A DNA stretch of 64,000 bases. It comes from Tubiluchus corallicola (Eukaryota; Animalia; Priapulida). Below are positions 38,401 to 52,440 of this stretch, piece by piece. The stretch lies in NCBI GenBank assembly GCA_030141605.1, contig JAQGDQ010000077.1:620001-684000 (forward strand). Direction: 5' to 3'. The position numbers were made by a program, and so were the translations under genes. Every line of letters starts with the position of its first letter. Within the stretch, counting starts at the first letter, position 1. The notes under the pieces are model-generated. The model made no database searches and was not told the DNA's origin. It worked only from the letters and a program-made list of their open reading frames with translations.

Positions 38401-41400
38401 TGTGAATTAGCCATTTCTGTATTTACTTTGTAGGAAATTATTGCTTTGATGCATTAATTTCAAACCTTAACTTCTCTTCAAGTTACAAGAACTAGCTTGT
38501 CTATGAACATTTGATGAGTAGTATAACATTTTCATATCAAAACATGAAAGTTATTCTCTTCCTGTGCCAAGCGTGTTTGATCTGTAACAAAACTGACTTG
38601 TGGACGCGATGATTCACATCGTGCCTCTGAAGCGAATGTCTAAGAGGTCTCAGTGTGAAATTGTTTGTAAAAGCCCAGCAGCACTAAGCCTTTGTAAAAA
38701 ATCAATGGACGACTGCTAGGAAAGCTAATTCTAGACAATTTCCGTGTTACTCTGCCTGCCAGTTCATTCTTTGTTGAAGAAGAATGTCTGTACATCAGGA
38801 CCAGCTAAATGCTACTGTTAGTTTAGTATTCAGTAGAAGGACTTCGCATCATATCATATTCATTCAAAATTAGTAGCTGGTCGTGCTGCTGAATATCGCA
38901 TTTTGGCTTGCAGCTTGCTGTAGCAAAATGTTGGGCCATTTGACAACTGTCAGGAAAGAGCATCTTCTGATCATCAGCATCCTTCAATCTAAAACAGAAA
39001 TTTTGGTGTTAAAGTATTAATTTGCTATGAAGCTGCTAGTGTCTTCCAAATACTTTCAAGCTGGTGCACCATTTAGCATTTTTTTGGTTCTAGCTTTCAA
39101 TTTTTGACAATTCTATTTTTGCCATTTCAGATTTATGGAGCTGGTAGTATAGAACTTGTGCCTTCTTTCGTAATGCTTGCTGAGGCTTGCATGGGTAAGG
39201 TACATCATTCCGTTTCTGATTTATGATGATTAGATGCTTGGTGACAGGATTCTGATATTTGTGCATGCATTGTGTGCATGTCATATATTACATTATAGAG
39301 CTTAAATTGTACATCACAATTATTGTTTGATGGTGATGGCTTCTATTTCCAAAAGTAGCTTATGGAATCAACTATTTTGTTCATGGTTTTTCCTCTTGTC
39401 AAGCCTAGATGCTCTAGTGGATGTGCCATCTACTAGATTTAAATGTAACTTCAATGTTCTGTTACGGCCCAGTATATAGTAGCTGCTTTTTCACACAATT
39501 GCTAGGTGTTTTGTATAAATGTGCCAAAAAATGGCAAACTTTTGCAGCGTAACTTTAACGTGGAGTATATCAGTTCAGAAATAACATAGAGCAATGAGTT
39601 TGGCATAAAAATTATCCTCGTGAAATGGAGGGTCAGGATATGTTAATAACTAGAAAATCCTTGCTGACATATGGAAGTTTTTACGGTGCAAAGACACAAA
39701 TCAATTTTCATTACACCTGTGCATCTATTTATTTAAATATGTAGTATTTTTGTTAAAATAGCAATTGCTAATCTGTACAGGTTTTTATATAAAATTGTAA
39801 ATTGTATAGCTTGTGAATTTTGTTGAGGTGTATTACTGCTAGTGAATCATGCATATAACAATTGAAGAAACATTTTAATTCCATTGCTTTAATTTTCTGT
39901 TATATTAACTTTTTAAGTATCTTATTTTTTACTGTGATAGTGCTCAAATGCTTTTGGATTAGTTGTAGTATTGTACTGGTCTCAAACTTGTTGGTGGTGC
40001 TGTTTGATTTGTGGTTTCTGCCAAGTTTACATAAACCACCAGAAATCATTAGTCGTGTGTAAAATGTCATACTTTTGAAGTGTAACAGCCAAAAAGATTG
40101 TGCTTTGAAAAGTGAAAAAACTCAGCAATCAGCTTGTTTATGTAGACACTTTAAGCAATTATTATGTATCTAATATGAGGAAACCAATAATGTTGTTAGC
40201 CATGAAGCCATTGACTAGCTTTTCACTGTAACTGGAATGGAGCTTTATAGCTTGTGCTTATTAATTACCACATAATTTTATTGAGTTTAACTACATATGT
40301 TATATACAGGTTTTGATAAGTTCAGTGAAGCACGAGCATATTTGGCTCAAGCACAATGGACAGTAGCTAACCTATCAAACTGCAGCCTTTTAGTCATGGC
40401 GAAGCTTAACCGTCAGCTCGGTCGACTAAGTGAACTTCAAGGAAACTTGGCCGAAGCAAAACGATATTATTCTGAACAGGTAAGCATAAGTGTTATCTTA
40501 GAAAATAATAGTTTTTGGGAATTATATTGGATTTAGGTGGAGATTTATGTCTTTACTAGCCTTTGTAGGTGTTGGGAAAAACTTAATCACAACTTTACAA
40601 TGCACAACCAATTGAAATGTTTTGCTTCAAAAATGATTTAAGCTACAATATAGTAAGAGTTTAAATGATTTCAACACTGCTTGTGATTATTTGTATTTTT
40701 GGCCATCTATTCAAGTTAACTTCATTTTTCCCTAGAGCCGAAGTATAAGTCATTCTTTATGGAATTGTATGTTTTTTGCACACAGCTTTTGAAAAATTCT
40801 TTTTTTTTGCTTTTGTAGATTTACAACTGCACCATGGCCTTGTCTGGTGATGATGTACATACATCTGTAGGTTATTTTCACCTGGCAAACATAAACATAA
40901 AGTTAAATCAGCTAGGAATTGCTGATTCACTGTACTCTAGGGTAATGTATATGCACTGTACTCATGAAATTGTTTATTTTGGGCTAGAATCTTACAGCGA
41001 TTGGTACACATCACTTGTCTAGCTTATCACATATCTAGCTAGTAATGTAAGGATATTTTTCATAGCTTTTTCAGCCAAGCAAGCCAAACATGACACTTGA
41101 TACTGTAAGAAAAGTTAACTGGGTCCCCAGACAGACCTAAATCTCTTGTTAGCATTAAATAATTAGATTATGACTGTGATTACCAGAGTGTTTATAAACT
41201 TTTGCGGTTAGGTGGATTGTGTGCTACAAGGAGGAAATCTCTGGCCTGCTCAGTCATATTGAACTAGCAATTCAGCTGCCAAAGCATGGAAATACTAATT
41301 TTTCAGTGTGTCTTTTCTTTCTCCAACACATTACCCGCAATGGGCAATAACTGTTAAAAATAAACCTCTTAGTCATAATCCAACTAATTAATGATATTGT

Positions 41401-44400
41401 TAGTTGCCAGCTCTCTTGTTAGCATTTGGTACTTTGATTATAAACAGATTTACCTACTGGTTAAAACACAAACCCCTTAAACTTACTTTAAACATTTTGG
41501 GTAACTTGTCGTACTAACCTACGCTAAATGAGTGAAACCAATTATTAAAACATGGTAAATGACATGACTAATGCAGCATATTTGTAAGATATAAAAAAAT
41601 TTAAGATTAATATTATTAATGTTTTGTACTGTGGAGTTTCCACAAACATAGTTATCACATTGTTTATCACATTGTTTTGGGAATTTTTGCATTAATTTTG
41701 TCACTATTTAATATAATTCAGATTCAAAACTATATTTCAGTGAAGTTTTGAATTTTAGATTCTAATGCTGCATTTTTGAAAAACTTATTGCCATTGTCAT
41801 TATAACTGACTTTTTGAGCAACACCATTATGAGTAGCTTAATTTAAATGTGACAGGTTATAAAAATTTGGCGTGATTACCTTCAACATATCTGGGAAGAG
41901 ATGAAGCTGGCAGCAACGAGACCAAAGAAACTGTTAGAAACAACAAAAGCCATTACTTTGGGTAAGTAGATCCATTTTTCACACGAGGTGTTGAGCACTA
42001 GTATAAGAGTGTCATAAGGTCTTATGTAACAGCAATTGCTACAGGCATTAATTAAGCTGTTTTCAAAGGAGTTGCTAGTAGTTATCAAAATAAAAGGTGC
42101 TTATGATTGCTATAGGCAAAGTGTAAAACCAGGTATTTTATAGAATGCTTAGGCATTTTATGTTGTGCCCAAACAGATCAGGTAAGCCATCTAAAATAGT
42201 TCCTTCTACATTTTTTCTTGGCATTATATATAATGCAAAAGTTTGTCTAGACGTAGTATGTAATTCTTAGGTAATTGCTGCATTTTTTCTAGACATTTTA
42301 TAGATTCCTAGATAAATTTTAGTTAGTGTAAAAATACAATAAATGTTCAACTGCTCTGATATAATTTTCCTAGCAGTTTTATATACTGCCAATATTATTT
42401 TACAAAATGTGTGACATTCAAATATGTCATGTTCCAATGTACTTGAAAATTTGGTAGTTATTACATTCCTTCTGCTTAGAATTCACTAGAATTCTAGCAT
42501 GAAACATGCTTTGACCCAGATGGCATTCCAGACATTTGGGTGGTGCAGTTGAGTTTCTCGAAACTTCATCTTGCCCTGTTAGTCCAACTTGTCATATTTT
42601 TTCTTTTATACTTTTTTATCGGCTTCAGTTTTTTAGGATTCCGTTGTGAATGGTCCAATGCCAGTGTGGATGCTGCTGGGCTTGGTTTTCTATTTGACTT
42701 TGTTTCCAGTTTATTTGAGTGTGATATTTTAGTTAGTTGTGGGATTAGTAAAGAGGGTTTGATGAGAAAGCCTGCCTGGTCTCGATTATTATGACATGCC
42801 ATGACCAATGAAGACGATGTTTATGATGGTGACTCGGTGCTCTGGCTCTTTCGAGACAGCTTCTTTAGTGACATACTAGTCGAATTTGATATTTAAGATG
42901 GAGGGGAAGGCTTGTTTATAGAAAAGTTCTCACTTTTTGATGCCACGATAAATATAGAGTCCAAGTTTTGCAGCCATATAAAGCAAATGTGAGATGATGA
43001 CAGCTTAATAAACCAGAAGTTCATTTAGAACTTTGCTCTTAAAGATTCATTTTGTAAGTTTTCCAAAACCACATGAGCTTGTTGGAGAGCAGGCTTCCTA
43101 GGTATGGAAAGTGGTCTACCTAATTGAGCAGTATGTCAGAGGTGGCAATGTTGCATTCATTGCCAACAAAACAATTAACTCTCCTGCTTACTTGAACTGC
43201 TTGCTTGATTTAGTACATTAACTTAATCCATCTTATGCAGTCCATATGATGTCTAAGTAAGGTATAAAATATCTATGAAAAGTTTGGTTCAACACGAATT
43301 ATGTTCATTTTACACTTTGCCAAATTCACTTTATGCATTTTATTTAAATCCTAGCTATTATGTAAAACATCTAGATAAGGCGTCAAAGTATTACAACAAA
43401 AAGTCTATTTCACCATTTTCTCGCAATGTGTAAGTGTTGAATGAAATGCCTAGGAACTTTGTAAAATGTCTAAATTTACACATTGCCTGTAACGTAGACA
43501 CAGCATTAGCCTATTGTGTTGACATTCATGAAGTGCCTCACCACCACCACCACCACCACCATCACCAACCATCAGCACCACCACCACCACCACCATCACC
43601 ACCACCACCACCACCACCACTACCACAACCTCTACCACAGTGGCTACCACTAAAATTTTGTATGATCTAACTTGTCCTATCTTGATTATTTAGGCTACAG
43701 TTATTTGTGCAAATCCGAAACACAAAGAACTATACATTTCTATGTTCAAAAATTTAAAATTTGCTCCTTCTCTAAATAGAAGCTCTAACAAGGCAGGGCA
43801 GAAACAGTCAAAGCCCTTTTTGGCAGCAATTTTCAACCATAGGCTGCTTTATAGGAAATTTTTAACAACACAACAATGCTGATATGTTATAAATAATTAA
43901 CAAGATATTATTATAGCAATTTTTTGATGTTTTGGATCGAGTTCGTCCATTGACCACGAATGGTAGAGGTTGAAGTGTATGTTATTAAGTAAAGCAGTAG
44001 TTGCATTTATGCCTAGTAGAAATCATTTTGCCAGGAAGAAGACCAAGAAAAAAAGACTGTGTAAACAACACTCTGTTTTGAGAACAATTTAGATTCTCCT
44101 AGCATTCAAGTTGCTTTTGTTTCGTTCAGCTAGTTCGACAAACATCAACGTTCCTGACGGGGAATAGCTTATGTGCTGAAAATGACAGATAAAATTATTC
44201 TTTGTGGTTCACAGGTTTGTTTTCTTTACACAATAGGTGAAGAATGGGAAACAGAAGCTTTGCGGATTTTGCAGTCTATTCATGCCTGGTATGAAAAACA
44301 TTCAGAGGAGTACCCAACTCACTGTACACAATCGGCGGAAGTACTAGACTTGCATTATAACATTATGCATTGCCAAGTTTGTCCAGTTTCTCCAGTTAGA

Positions 44401-44505
44401 ACTTTAAAACCTGAAACGCAAGATACACCAACGCTCTCGTCGCAAGACACATTGATTTCATCACCAGATAAAATACCACTGGATGATGCATATGCTTCAG
44501 ACTAG
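35450..44505 (+). CDS. ZMYND12: Zinc finger MYND domain-containing protein 12 (MYND + TPR-like; ciliary/flagellar), ~391 aa, 8 exons
   Basis: Exons 35450-35643, 36945-37086, 37541-37648, 39131-39194, 40310-40479, 40819-40941, 41856-41961, 44237-44505; 1176 nt in frame. MYND finger CELC..CPEC..FYC...H........H...C. Segments EDAIPAVLQSLKF, IYGAGSIELVPS, YLAQAQWTV, TSVGYFHLANI and EALRILQSI are collinear with the known ZMYND12 sequence. The start could alternatively be ATG 35558. Confidence 0.92.
42500..43125 (-). mobile_element. Degenerate RTE-clade LINE fragment (3' part of RT ORF), antisense in ZMYND12 intron 7
   Basis: Minus-strand peptide blocks appear in the expected order with frameshifts and stops: VDHFPYLGSLLS, LYGCKTWTLY, SILNIK, KHRLHWSWHV. 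These match the RTE post-RT consensus F.YLGS / LYG.ETWT / RLRW.GHV. Confidence 0.8.
43539..43637. repeat. (CCA)n microsatellite
   Basis: Read directly; intronic in ZMYND12. Confidence 0.95.
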
Positions 44506-46853
44506 GTATTGACAGCGTGCTCGGAATAGATAGAATTATTTCAAATACATTAATAGTTTGAAACAAAATGAAATGGTTATTTGGTTACATGTTTACCTGC
44601 AAATACATTGGTACAGTTTGATTACTATATAGGAGGAGTTTATTTTTGCTTGGTGATGTGTTTGATTTCTAGCAGATAATTTTTGAACTATCCAGTGTTA
44701 TCTGGTATTCAAAGTAATACAGTCCTGAAAAATATGTTGCAACCTACTTATTTAAAACTAAATTTTGTTTTTTATTTCTGCTTTTTGCTCCTGTTGTGGC
44801 TAAACTACATTTTATATTTATAAAAAGTATTCAGTATTTTAATTTGTTTCATGCATAGGTTTGTTATTCAAAATTGGTTTTATATAATTATTGTTATGTT
44901 TATCAGCATTTTTATACTCCTTTAAAGCTTATTGTTACTCACTATTGTTACAGTTCACTGTTTATTGCACATTCTATATACTCCATTTTGATTATGTTTC
45001 CTTACCTTCAGACCATATTAGCCATATGTGCATTTTTAAAAATATTGTATTTAACAAATGTGAAAGCAATTTGCAAGTGTGAATATTACCATAATTTTAC
45101 CTTTGTTGTGTACCTAATAAGTTTGTAAAAATGTTAATTAGCTTGTATTAATAATGTTGGTTATTGTTGTGCCGCTCATAAAAAGAAGCTGCTCAGTATT
45201 GTGTTGGCATCCTTACTGAAATGGTTTCCATTGACCTTTATGGTAGAGAGGTCAAGCCTAGTTGCCATTCCTTACAAGTCATAAACACAGCTACTCTGCT
45301 CGATTAATAATGATCGTAACTGATAACGTCTTCTTTATAATTAGGTGGTTTAGTAAATAATATTGCTAATGTAGCTATCTGTGTAAGAATGTATAGTAGC
45401 TTGTCTCATGGCAGATTGTGTTGTGTTATAATAATACTGTAATTTCTGTCACTGTCATTGTATTAGTTTAAATTACTATTAGACAATGCTGATTTTACTA
45501 GCGTTAGAATTGTCGCTTTTAGTAAAAAATGTTCAGAAGTATTAAACAGCAAAGAAAGAGCTCCCATTGCTGAAACTAGCTGTGATTCACTACACAATGT
45601 ACCATCGTGCTGCTAAGTCCTTAGCTTGTTGAACTGCTGGAATTTTCATCTGTCTATTTAGCTTACTTTTGTTTTGCAATTTTGCAGTAAAGGTTCACCT
45701 AGGCTATAACTCTCTTAGACTATAGTTTTATGCAGTCTTAAGTACATGCCAGTGCATACTTATTTCAATCAAAAATAATTTTCAATGGTAAAAACTGCAA
45801 AATCATTACATTCCATCCAGTTGTTTTTTCGCTTCTCTAATCATTTCTGTAAAAGCAATAGTCATTGTATTTTTGGTTTACTGCGTAGATAATAATACTA
45901 GTCATACCATTGAGTAAATAATATTTGTACCTTATCACGCAAATAAAAAGTGTTTTCATTTCTTCAAAAAAAATGTTTTACTTTTTTAAGGGATATTTCA
46001 TTGATGGGTAGAAACCGTTCTTATTATCAGCAAGAAATTTAAGAAAGCAGCAAACCTTTTTGTGCATTTCAGAATTCCGCAAAAGCAGGCACTAACTGTG
46101 ACAGGACCAGAACCAAGAAGCTCCTAGAATAATACTCTGGAATGAGACACTAAACTGGGGGCGGTGCCAGCCATACAGAGATGTTATTATAGTCCTGTCC
46201 CAACAAGGTAAACGCATAGTAGTATGGTAGCTGGTACTTCCCAGAAGCAGTTTGCTGGTGTCTTCTTCCATTTAATGATCATGCTCAGCCTTGCTTGTCT
46301 ACTGACACTTGATTACTCAACCATTTCCCTTGCCTAAGTTATGATATGGATTTAAATCTGGGACTTTTTGGTCACAGTGCATTAATTGTCGAGAAAGCTC
46401 GAAGGGAGTTTTTGCTACATTCTGGGTAGGATGGCTATAGACGCCCTCAGTCATTAACTATAAATACTAATTAATTGTTACTTGTAATACTTAATGACAC
46501 ATCGCCTGATTAGACTACTATTTGGCTATTAGAAGGAAAACGTGTACAGAATTTGATCTTGACTTCGCAAACTTTCTTTGCATTCTGTGTACAGCTGTTT
46601 TTTCTTGTGTCATTTGGCGACAGTACTTGTCGAGTGACATGGTAAATCAGATTTGTCAACTGCGCGAATGTGTTTTAGTTATTGGTACAAATTTTTTTTT
46701 GATGGGATCTCAAACAGGGGTCTTTTTTTCCTGATGATGTACTTATCAGAAAAACCCGTAAAGATAGAAGCTGAATGTCGAATATTGGATGTCGCGGTAC
46801 AAGTTTACTTTGCAGTCGGAGTCGGCAAGACCCTCGTAGTGTCTGCATTATGC

Positions 46854-46966
46854 ACCAAATTCGTGGACATTTTATCAGGTTACCATAGGTGCGAATTAGG
46901 TTATATATATATGCTATAAACTATTTCGCACCTATGGTAACCTGATAAAATTTCCACGAATTTGGT
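46854..46966. repeat. Inverted repeat / hairpin, 52-bp arms with 3 mismatches, 9-nt loop
   Basis: 46854-46905 (ACCAAATTCGTGGACATTTTATCAGGTTACCATAGGTGCGAATTAGGTTATA) pairs with 46915-46966. Confidence 0.95.
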
Positions 46967-48741
46967 ATATGTATATATATATGGTCCAACAATTACATTT
47001 TCACTGCACAATTTTATTTTCGCTAATTGCTTAATAATATAATGAAGTAATATTATTATCTGCTTTGATAGTTTGATATGACAAGTCGGCTAAAACAGCA
47101 TTAAGCAAAAAAGGTTTAAAATTCACAAACCTGGAAAATGCTGGACAGTGAAACGTTTATTTTGGTTTTAATATATCGGTCTTTTTAAGTTATAAAGCTA
47201 ATCCGAATGTAATGCATTAAAATGAGTTATATCTCGAGGAGAATAGATAAGTGTTCACTGTGTATATTTAGCGACCACGGTTAACCAACGCTAAAGTTGG
47301 TCAGTGAATGTGTGGGTGACCTCTTGCTTGATGCAATACTCACACGGGACAGCTTAATTCGTTCAGCATATTGATTCTAGTTATCTTTTGCATTGATGGA
47401 GGATGTGATCACATCCAAACGTGGCTGAGACACCTTTGGCTGTTCAGTGCTTCACATTATGTGAATATTCTTAATTGTGAATCAGGTCTGGTCCGGCCAC
47501 ATCCATTTTAGTTAATTAATTTATGTAAAGTTTATTACAACACATAAACAAGCTATAGAAGGGTAAAAATTTACGCGAAAAAACTAATGATCTCTGCGCG
47601 GCATGCACTAGCTATTAAAACGCTACAAATATACAGAAAAATTATAATAATATAATACAAATATATGCAGAATTTAAAATTACAAACCGGTTAAAAACCA
47701 GCGGTTACCACATCCATAAATCAGACCACCTCCTAAATATTCTAGTATATAAAATAGTAATCAATTGTATAAAAAAACTACCCGGGCCTAAATTTTTTAA
47801 AAGACATTGCAGATTTAGACCATTTCGTTTTCATTTATAAATATAGCAACAGTCTGTTCAACAACAGCGAATGTCTAAATTCAAATTTATAGAGCGTTCA
47901 CTAGGAAAGCAAGGAAAAGTGGACTATTGGGGAAAATTTATTCTGGTAAATCATCCTACACTTTAGCTACATCTTTCAGGGCGAGTAATTCAAAGTATAG
48001 GCACGATAAAATTGAATAAAAAGTTTGATCAATGTATGTTGAGCGGCGATGGTTTATAAATGTATGCGTCATATGTAGTGAACTTAGCTTTTTGAATGCA
48101 AATACCGACATTTTTTTCTCAGAAATTAACTAGACACTAAGGTTTCGTAACTTGTATACATCTCTGTGACGGGACGAAATCTGAATTCACTATTACCACT
48201 TTACCCGCTTTGAAAATGTTAGACTTGGGAAATGTAATTGTGCGGATGCGACTAGTAACTAATGGGCACATTACTGGATTTGAAGAACTGGCTAGAGACG
48301 CGTAGGTTCGCTGATTTAATGTTGCGTGGAGGTTATACAATTGCAATACGATTAAGCAGTATGCGACACGATGAAACCCACTGGAAATAAGCCTTATTTA
48401 CTCTTTCCTCAATGGATAGTCTATATTCATAAAACTTCACTCCAAGTCTAGACAAAATTTAATTTTTTCCGCACTTAAAAATTATAATGGATGAACATGA
48501 AATCACTGTTTTTGAGAGTTGAGAGTTTGAGAGTAGAAATGCGATAGTACCTTCCGTGTTATAATGTAAATCAGAACCAAGCTGCACTCTGCAATGTAGA
48601 GCAGAAAATCACGATTAATTCATTCAGTTTTTCGCCTCACATTAGCTGTTAGTTCAGTTTTAAAATTCGTGTTTCTTGCTTGTCTCTCCTCTACTTTCGA
48701 CTCGTTTTCGTGCCATCGGTTCTTCAAATTTTTTGTCCTTT

Positions 48742-48745
<4 letters not shown>

Positions 48746-48825
<80 letters not shown>
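48746..48825. repeat. (CT)n microsatellite
   Basis: Read directly. Confidence 0.95.
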
Positions 48826-48827
<2 letters not shown>

Positions 48828-51800
48828 TCTATTTATTCTATTTAATTCTATACTTTCTCCTCGTTTCTTTTTCTTTCTTCTGCTCTCCATTTTTTACCTT
48901 TATTCTCTCCTTTTCCCCTCCTTTTACTCCTTTTTCCTGAGTTGTGTGGTCGAGTGATCTAAATCTCGGGCACTGCAACCACGCAGTCTTGAGTTCAAGA
49001 CTAGAGGCTGCCAGTACCATGGCATATACCCTTCGGCGTCAATCCTATGCTATAGGATTATACACTACATGTTATACATTACTTGTGCATTTCGACCTTA
49101 CTTGTATATGCATTGTTGTAGCCGTTAGTTAGCCGTTTGTCTGTTAAATGAGCGACAGTAAACAAATGTTTGTTTTTTAATTCCTTTCCTTTCTATCTTT
49201 TCACCTCCATTCTGCTTCTTTTTTCTATTATGTTTGCCTTCATTTCCTTTCATTTCATTTCCTTTAGTTCCCTCCCTATTTCCCTTTCCTTACTTTGCCT
49301 TCTTTTGCTTTTCTTTTCCTTATTTCGTTTCTTTTCGTTCTTTTCATTTCATGTATAAAGTACTTCATTTCATTTAGCATTCATTTACACTCTACTCCGT
49401 GAATCACCTATTAGTGAATATCTGTGGTTTCAATTGACTTAGATAAGTAAAAGTTTCACACTAATCACCTACCGAGTATCTTTAGTAAATGTATTAAGTT
49501 TTCACTCTAAAAGTAATGGTGTTTGGTTACTTGACTCAGGCTAGAATTGCCCAGAACGTGCTAACGAAACAGCTTAAGTTATTTATCGTTTGGCTAGTCG
49601 CACATCTCTGCTTGTAGAATGCAGCTCCAGTGGATTATTATATTACATTTTCGGTCACTTCTACTCTTTTAAAGTCTTACGTATAGAACATATGTGCATA
49701 AAAATAATGTGAAGTTCATATGTCAAAAATACAATATACATTATGCATTGATGATATCTAAGCCGAAGCTTGTCCGGTCACAATCATTTAAAGAGGAATC
49801 CAAACTAACCGAGTATAAAATTTCTAATGTATCTCTGGCCGTGGATATTCTAAATACAACAGAAGCAAGTGAATTGCTCTTTTAGTAACTTAGCTGAATT
49901 AAATGAAATTTTAACGTTTATTATGGAGGATTAATTACACACAAGTAATTTTATGGCGTTTTAAGTAAAATTTTTAAAGTTAATAATTGTCATTTCTGTC
50001 TCGTTATTGTTTTGTGTTTTCCGTCGTATAATTTTGTGTCTAGTGTATTGTAAATGTGTCACTTGTACAATTGTAAATGTATTGTAAATGATTATAGTTG
50101 TAAATATTACTAATGTACTGTGTGACAGTGTTGTATTAATCTACGTTTAAGTGCGAGTAAGCAATAAATAAATAAACAAATATTAGTTCTGTGCTCGCAG
50201 ACCGAATAAATTTAATGATCTCGTGTCCAAGTTCAAAGCTGCATATTGCTAACAGAAGCTATTAAATAATGCCCTAAGATTGGCCAGTGAAGACGATGAT
50301 GAAAAACTTTAGCGATCACTATGTCACAGAGCCCCTTTAAAAGGAGTCTTACATAACCTCTATTTCAGTATCACCGTTTAACCTTAATTGCAATGTTAAA
50401 GTTAAACTTAAACGTTATTATAATCCTAAACCTATTCTGCTTTTTCCACGGTTTAGGACACATTGCAATTTCAAATTCCACCTCTTCTTACTACGCCTGT
50501 GAATAGGCAAAAAAAGTTTACAGACTGAAGTAACACAATTCAGCGATTCTACAACAAGTAAAACGTAGTTACTGGAGAGCTGAAAATGCAATGAAGCCAT
50601 AAAGGCAAGATGCTTGCTTAACATGTTCATCCATTTTGTTAGAAACAAATTTGTGCTTCGGTTTGATGAACGCTTTTCAGTGATTACCAGAATGTTTACG
50701 CTTGCTAGTGTAGGGGAGCGTATGAAAGCATGTTGACATAAAATGTAAGTAAAAAAATCGATCATTAATAAAATGAAGCCACAGATATCATGATGAAATT
50801 TGTTGAGTTTATATGGCGGATTGCATGCCAGGTGTGGCATTTGTGACAGTCATTTTTTACTAAGTTCTGCTTGCTTTTGTGCTCATTTATTTACAAGTTT
50901 TGCTCTTATTGTTATCTGTGTTTTTTGCATGTTTCTGGACCTACTGTTGTTTGTCGTAAGTTCACTCATTTTGCTTCTGTTCCGTGCTAATCTTTGTAAG
51001 ATTTGTACCTTGCCAGTTTGGTTGCATTTTTACCCTTTTTAACTTTTTCCCTACGCTTACTATTTTTATGCCGTCAATTTTCAAGCCTACATTGCCATGT
51101 TTTTGGCAACATATATAAATGGCGACATAACGACGATGGTGATGCTGATGTTGATGACGTAAATGTTGATATCATCTTTATGATATTACAATTATCATTT
51201 TGACAACGATGATATTGGTAATATCATAAAGATGACGATGATGTTGACAATGATGTTAGCGATGATGAAAAGAGGAAGCTAAACATTGTGGAAAATTTTG
51301 TTTTTGAAAACCATGTGGGAATGCTAGAAATCTGCCGTAACCAGTGTACACTCACGATCATTACATGCAGTATGAAAATCATTATAGGCCCAGTGCTGCT
51401 TTTATGACACCTGCCATATTTTGTAAAATTGCATTCGATAATTATATTAATCTCGCAGAGCAAACACATTTACTTGCTTATCGAATTGCCAAAGCCATCA
51501 CACATTAGCTCATTTTATGTGATGTGCTATTTTATTAGCACTTGTTCGGTAAACCGAATATAAAAGCAAATCCAAAATTTTCTTCCTATGCTATGCCTAA
51601 TTTAATAACAACAGGAGTAAATTTTCATACACTTTACATCTTCTAGTATTGTTGATCTAATTATGAAACATGCTCGCAAAGCAAACGAAATTGTGACATG
51701 CGTTTTCATTAGGTTGGGCGTGAGATTAGATTCACTTTAGTAATTCGTTTGTGTGTGTATTGTTGCCGCTTTACAAACTTAATTAAATTAAAGTGCTTCA

Positions 51801-52387
51801 GTTTTCTTTACGCTGAGAAGCAGATGGGCATGATTCGTGAAGTGACAAAACGAATTGAAAGACCGAAGATGATGGCTTCAGAACTATGGGAGCTGTTATG
51901 TAATATGGTACGGAAATAATTCCTGGGAAAAATCGTATGTCAAAAATAGTCATGCTAGTGCGAGTGTACACCTGTCGTTACAAAAACAATAATAATTGAT
52001 TACTGATATTGAATGGGTTACTCGCGCACACGCCTCACGTACGCACTCATTCATGCACATATGCGCGTACACTTTGCATAAAACTGCTGTAACTACCAAA
52101 TTCTAATATTCCCACGTATACATACATACATAAAATAAATATGCCGTTTAGAAAACGCTAATTGCAATTCCTACCAAACCCAGCACTAACCTCTCGTACT
52201 GGTAATCTAGTGCAAATTAGAACTAACAATAAATACAGAAATAATTCTTTATCAAAACAAATTGTTTCACTACGGAACACTCCACCGAAAGAAGATAAAA
52301 ATACAACAACTTCACTTTACTTTAAAATAAAATTAAAAGAAAATCTTAACCAGATTTAGATATCCTTAGATTTACTACCAACACGAC

Positions 52388-52389
<2 letters not shown>

Positions 52390-52439
<50 letters not shown>
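52390..52439. repeat. (TA)n microsatellite
   Basis: Read directly. Confidence 0.95.

Positions 52440-52440
<1 letters not shown>

Noticed and set aside
42540-42808. Overlapping ORFs suggesting a nested gene in ZMYND12 intron 7
   Set aside because: They lie inside the decayed RTE LINE fragment.
43434-43670. Poly-His/poly-Pro ORF
   Set aside because: Translation of the intronic (CCA)n microsatellite.
44374-44505. Possible donor CAA|GTTTGT giving ZMYND12 another terminal exon
   Set aside because: The donor is weak and no matching downstream exon was found; read-through to TAG 44505 was kept.
8119-44505. Idea that ClC, SULT and Cab45 form a functional secretory/sulfation cluster
   Set aside because: The SULT is cytosolic-type with no signal or TM segment; adjacency alone is not evidence in an animal genome.
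50418-50840. 140-aa minus-strand ORF
   Set aside because: No recognisable domain or convincing splice context; the composition looks like a chance ORF.
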